64,000 bases of DNA from NCBI RefSeq assembly GCF_021869535.1, contig NW_026262668.1, positions 104,904,001-104,968,000 of the forward strand, read 5' to 3'. Below, one piece after another: positions 62,036-64,000 of this stretch (position 1 is its first letter; each line of letters starts with the position of its first letter). The position numbers and the translations under genes were made by a program. The DNA is from Mytilus californianus. Lineage: Eukaryota. The notes under the pieces are model-generated. The model saw only the letters and a list, made by a program, of their open reading frames with translations. It did no database searches and had not been told where the DNA came from.

Positions 62036-62965
62036 GTAAAAGAAATGAACTATTTACTAAATTTTATCATCGGTATAAGGACATCATTCGTAAATATAGC
62101 TCAACATGCAGACTTCTTATACGTTCAGGTATTTCACATCCAATTTTTTATGGAAATATTCTTTATAAAGCACAAAAATGTCAGTATTCACCTCTGAAAC
62201 TAACAAAACCTTTAAATAGACTTATTAAGAAGGGATATAGTTACGATACTGTTGTCAGGTCATTAAAGATTGCATATTTTGGCGTTAATATTGATTCACT
62301 TATAGGGTCTTTGCATCGGCACTAAACACATTTATTTAAAAACCAGTTGTTGGCATGACACGGGTTATGTTCTTCTCATATATGTTATGATGGTATGATA
62401 CTAAACCCCTAACGGGAAGGATTGTGCCTGATATTCATATGATGAAGACATAATCTTTCAATCAGTTTAATTGAAGTCTGGAGCTGGCATGTCAGTTAAC
62501 TGCTAGTAGTCTGTTGTTATTTATGTATTATTGTCATTTTGTTTATTTTCTTTGGTTACATCTTCTGACATCAGACTCGGACTTCTCTTGAACTGAATTT
62601 TAATGTGCGTATTGTTATGCGTTTACTTTTCTACATTGGCTAGAGGTATAGGGGGAGGGTTGAGATCTCATAAACATGTTTAACCCCGCCGCATTTTTGC
62701 GCCTGTCCCAAGTCAGGAGCCTCTAGCCTTTGTTAGTCTTGTATTATTTTTAATTTTAGTTTCTTGTGTACAATTTGGAGTTTAGTATGGCGTTCATTAT
62801 CACTGAACTAGTATATATATTTGTTTAGGGGCCAGCTGAAGGACGCCTCCGGGTGCGGGAATTTCTCGCTGAATTGAAGACCTGTTGGTGGCCTTCTGCT
62901 GTTGTCTGTTCTGTGGTCGGGTTGTTGTCTCTTTGACACATTCCCCATTTCCATTCTCAATTTTA
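62036..62965 (+). mobile_element. 3' end of Penelope-like element: RT C-terminal tail plus ~630 bp non-coding end
   Basis: ORF 62023-62325 (FTKFYHRYKDIIRKY..GISHPIFYGNILYKA) matches the C-terminus of the 10668-11372 RT. It continues into a repeat ending cacattccccatttccattctcaatttt. Confidence 0.85.
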
Positions 62966-62989
62966 TTGTAACAAGAAGATTAGAAATGA

Positions 62990-63480
62990 TTGTTTCTGTA
63001 AAGTTTCAGATCAACAAGATAAGAAATTATTGTTTCCTTAAATAGTGAGAACAACAAGATAAGAAATGAATGTCTCTATTAATTTCGAGAACAACAAGCT
63101 AAGAATGGATGTATCTTTAAACTTTGAGAACAACTACATAACTATCAACTTTGAGAACTATATAAGAAATGAATGTCTCTTTAACCTTCAAAAACAACAA
63201 TATAACAGATGGATGTCTCTATGAACTTTGAGAAAAAAACTAGGTAAGGAATTAATATACCTCAAATTTGAGAACAACTGGATAAGGAATGGATGTCACT
63301 TTAAACTTTGAGAACAACAATATAACAAATGGATGTCACTATAAACTTTAAGAACAAGTACATAAGGAATTAATGTCTCTATACAATTTTAGAACTATAC
63401 AAGAAATGGAAGTCTCCATATTCTTTGAGAATAGCTAAATAAGATTAGATGTCTTTATAAACTTTGAGAATAACTAGAAA
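62990..63480. repeat. ~42-bp degenerate minisatellite, ~11 copies
   Basis: Unit aaactttgagaacaacaagataagaaatggatgtctctat. Confidence 0.85.
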
Positions 63481-64000
63481 AGAAGCTATTGTCTAAAGGT
63501 TGAAGTCATACCAGCATATTACCAACACTTTATGGTCATCTTAAAATTCAAAGCGCCTTTCCAGATATGCACATTTGTATGCAAGAAAGCAAACATGGAA
63601 ACAACTAGTAGAAAATGATGAGGACAGAATGACTTACGGACAGACTGTGCAAGTATTAAGAAATTTGTATTAAAGGTTGATGTACTATTTTGCATTATTA
63701 AGTCTGCACTTTTCTGTTGAAAGACCTATTGTTTTTGTTCTGATTAATATTATAAGGTCTTTTCACTTTTCTGTGGAAAGACGTATTGTATTTGTTTTGA
63801 GTGACCTTGAGGGAACCGGAAGTAGTAAGTTTTGCACTTCTTTCATGGAAAAGTACCTAGAAACCATATATTTTTTGAATGGGCATACATTTACCCTTAA
63901 TTTAAGACCGAAAGCTACGTTTTATCAACCGAAAGTATATTATCTCCCTTATGAGAGGCATAAGTATATACAAAGTATATATTTTTGGAATCAGTGTGAA

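Noticed and set aside
61725-64000. Search for the sulfatase first exon (signal peptide and ..ADDL)
   Set aside because: No matching frame with a phase-1 donor was found; it is presumably beyond the window end

Overview
AT-rich (roughly 30% GC by eye) eukaryotic genomic DNA. A bivalve mollusc, possibly a mussel, is inferred from the style of the repeats and is not proven. Two multi-exon genes point toward each other, and both lack their 5' ends in this window. (1) An integrin alpha chain on the + strand: 23 coding exons from 731 to 34994 splice GT-AG with consistent phases into about 806 aa, covering the last FG-GAP repeats, thigh, calf-1, calf-2, TM and a GFFRR tail. (2) An arylsulfatase B-like sulfatase on the - strand: 13 coding exons from 61724 to 45934, about 442 aa, with an intact CSPSR motif. 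Introns and the intergenic gap hold Penelope-like (Naiad-type) RT fragments and their non-coding 3' ends, Helentron-associated (HINE-like) elements, several MITEs, a tRNA-derived SINE, hammerhead-bearing repeats and minisatellites. Most short ORFs in the supplied track are spurious. The most unusual observations are: two separate minisatellites that each arose by amplifying an integrin exon end together with its splice donor; a second furin-type site in the thigh domain; a tail with four YxN motifs; a candidate alternative GFFKR-less Cys-rich tail exon; degenerate sense-strand hammerhead ribozymes in sulfatase introns; and a 60-bp-arm hairpin between the genes. No prokaryotic system or CRISPR array is present.
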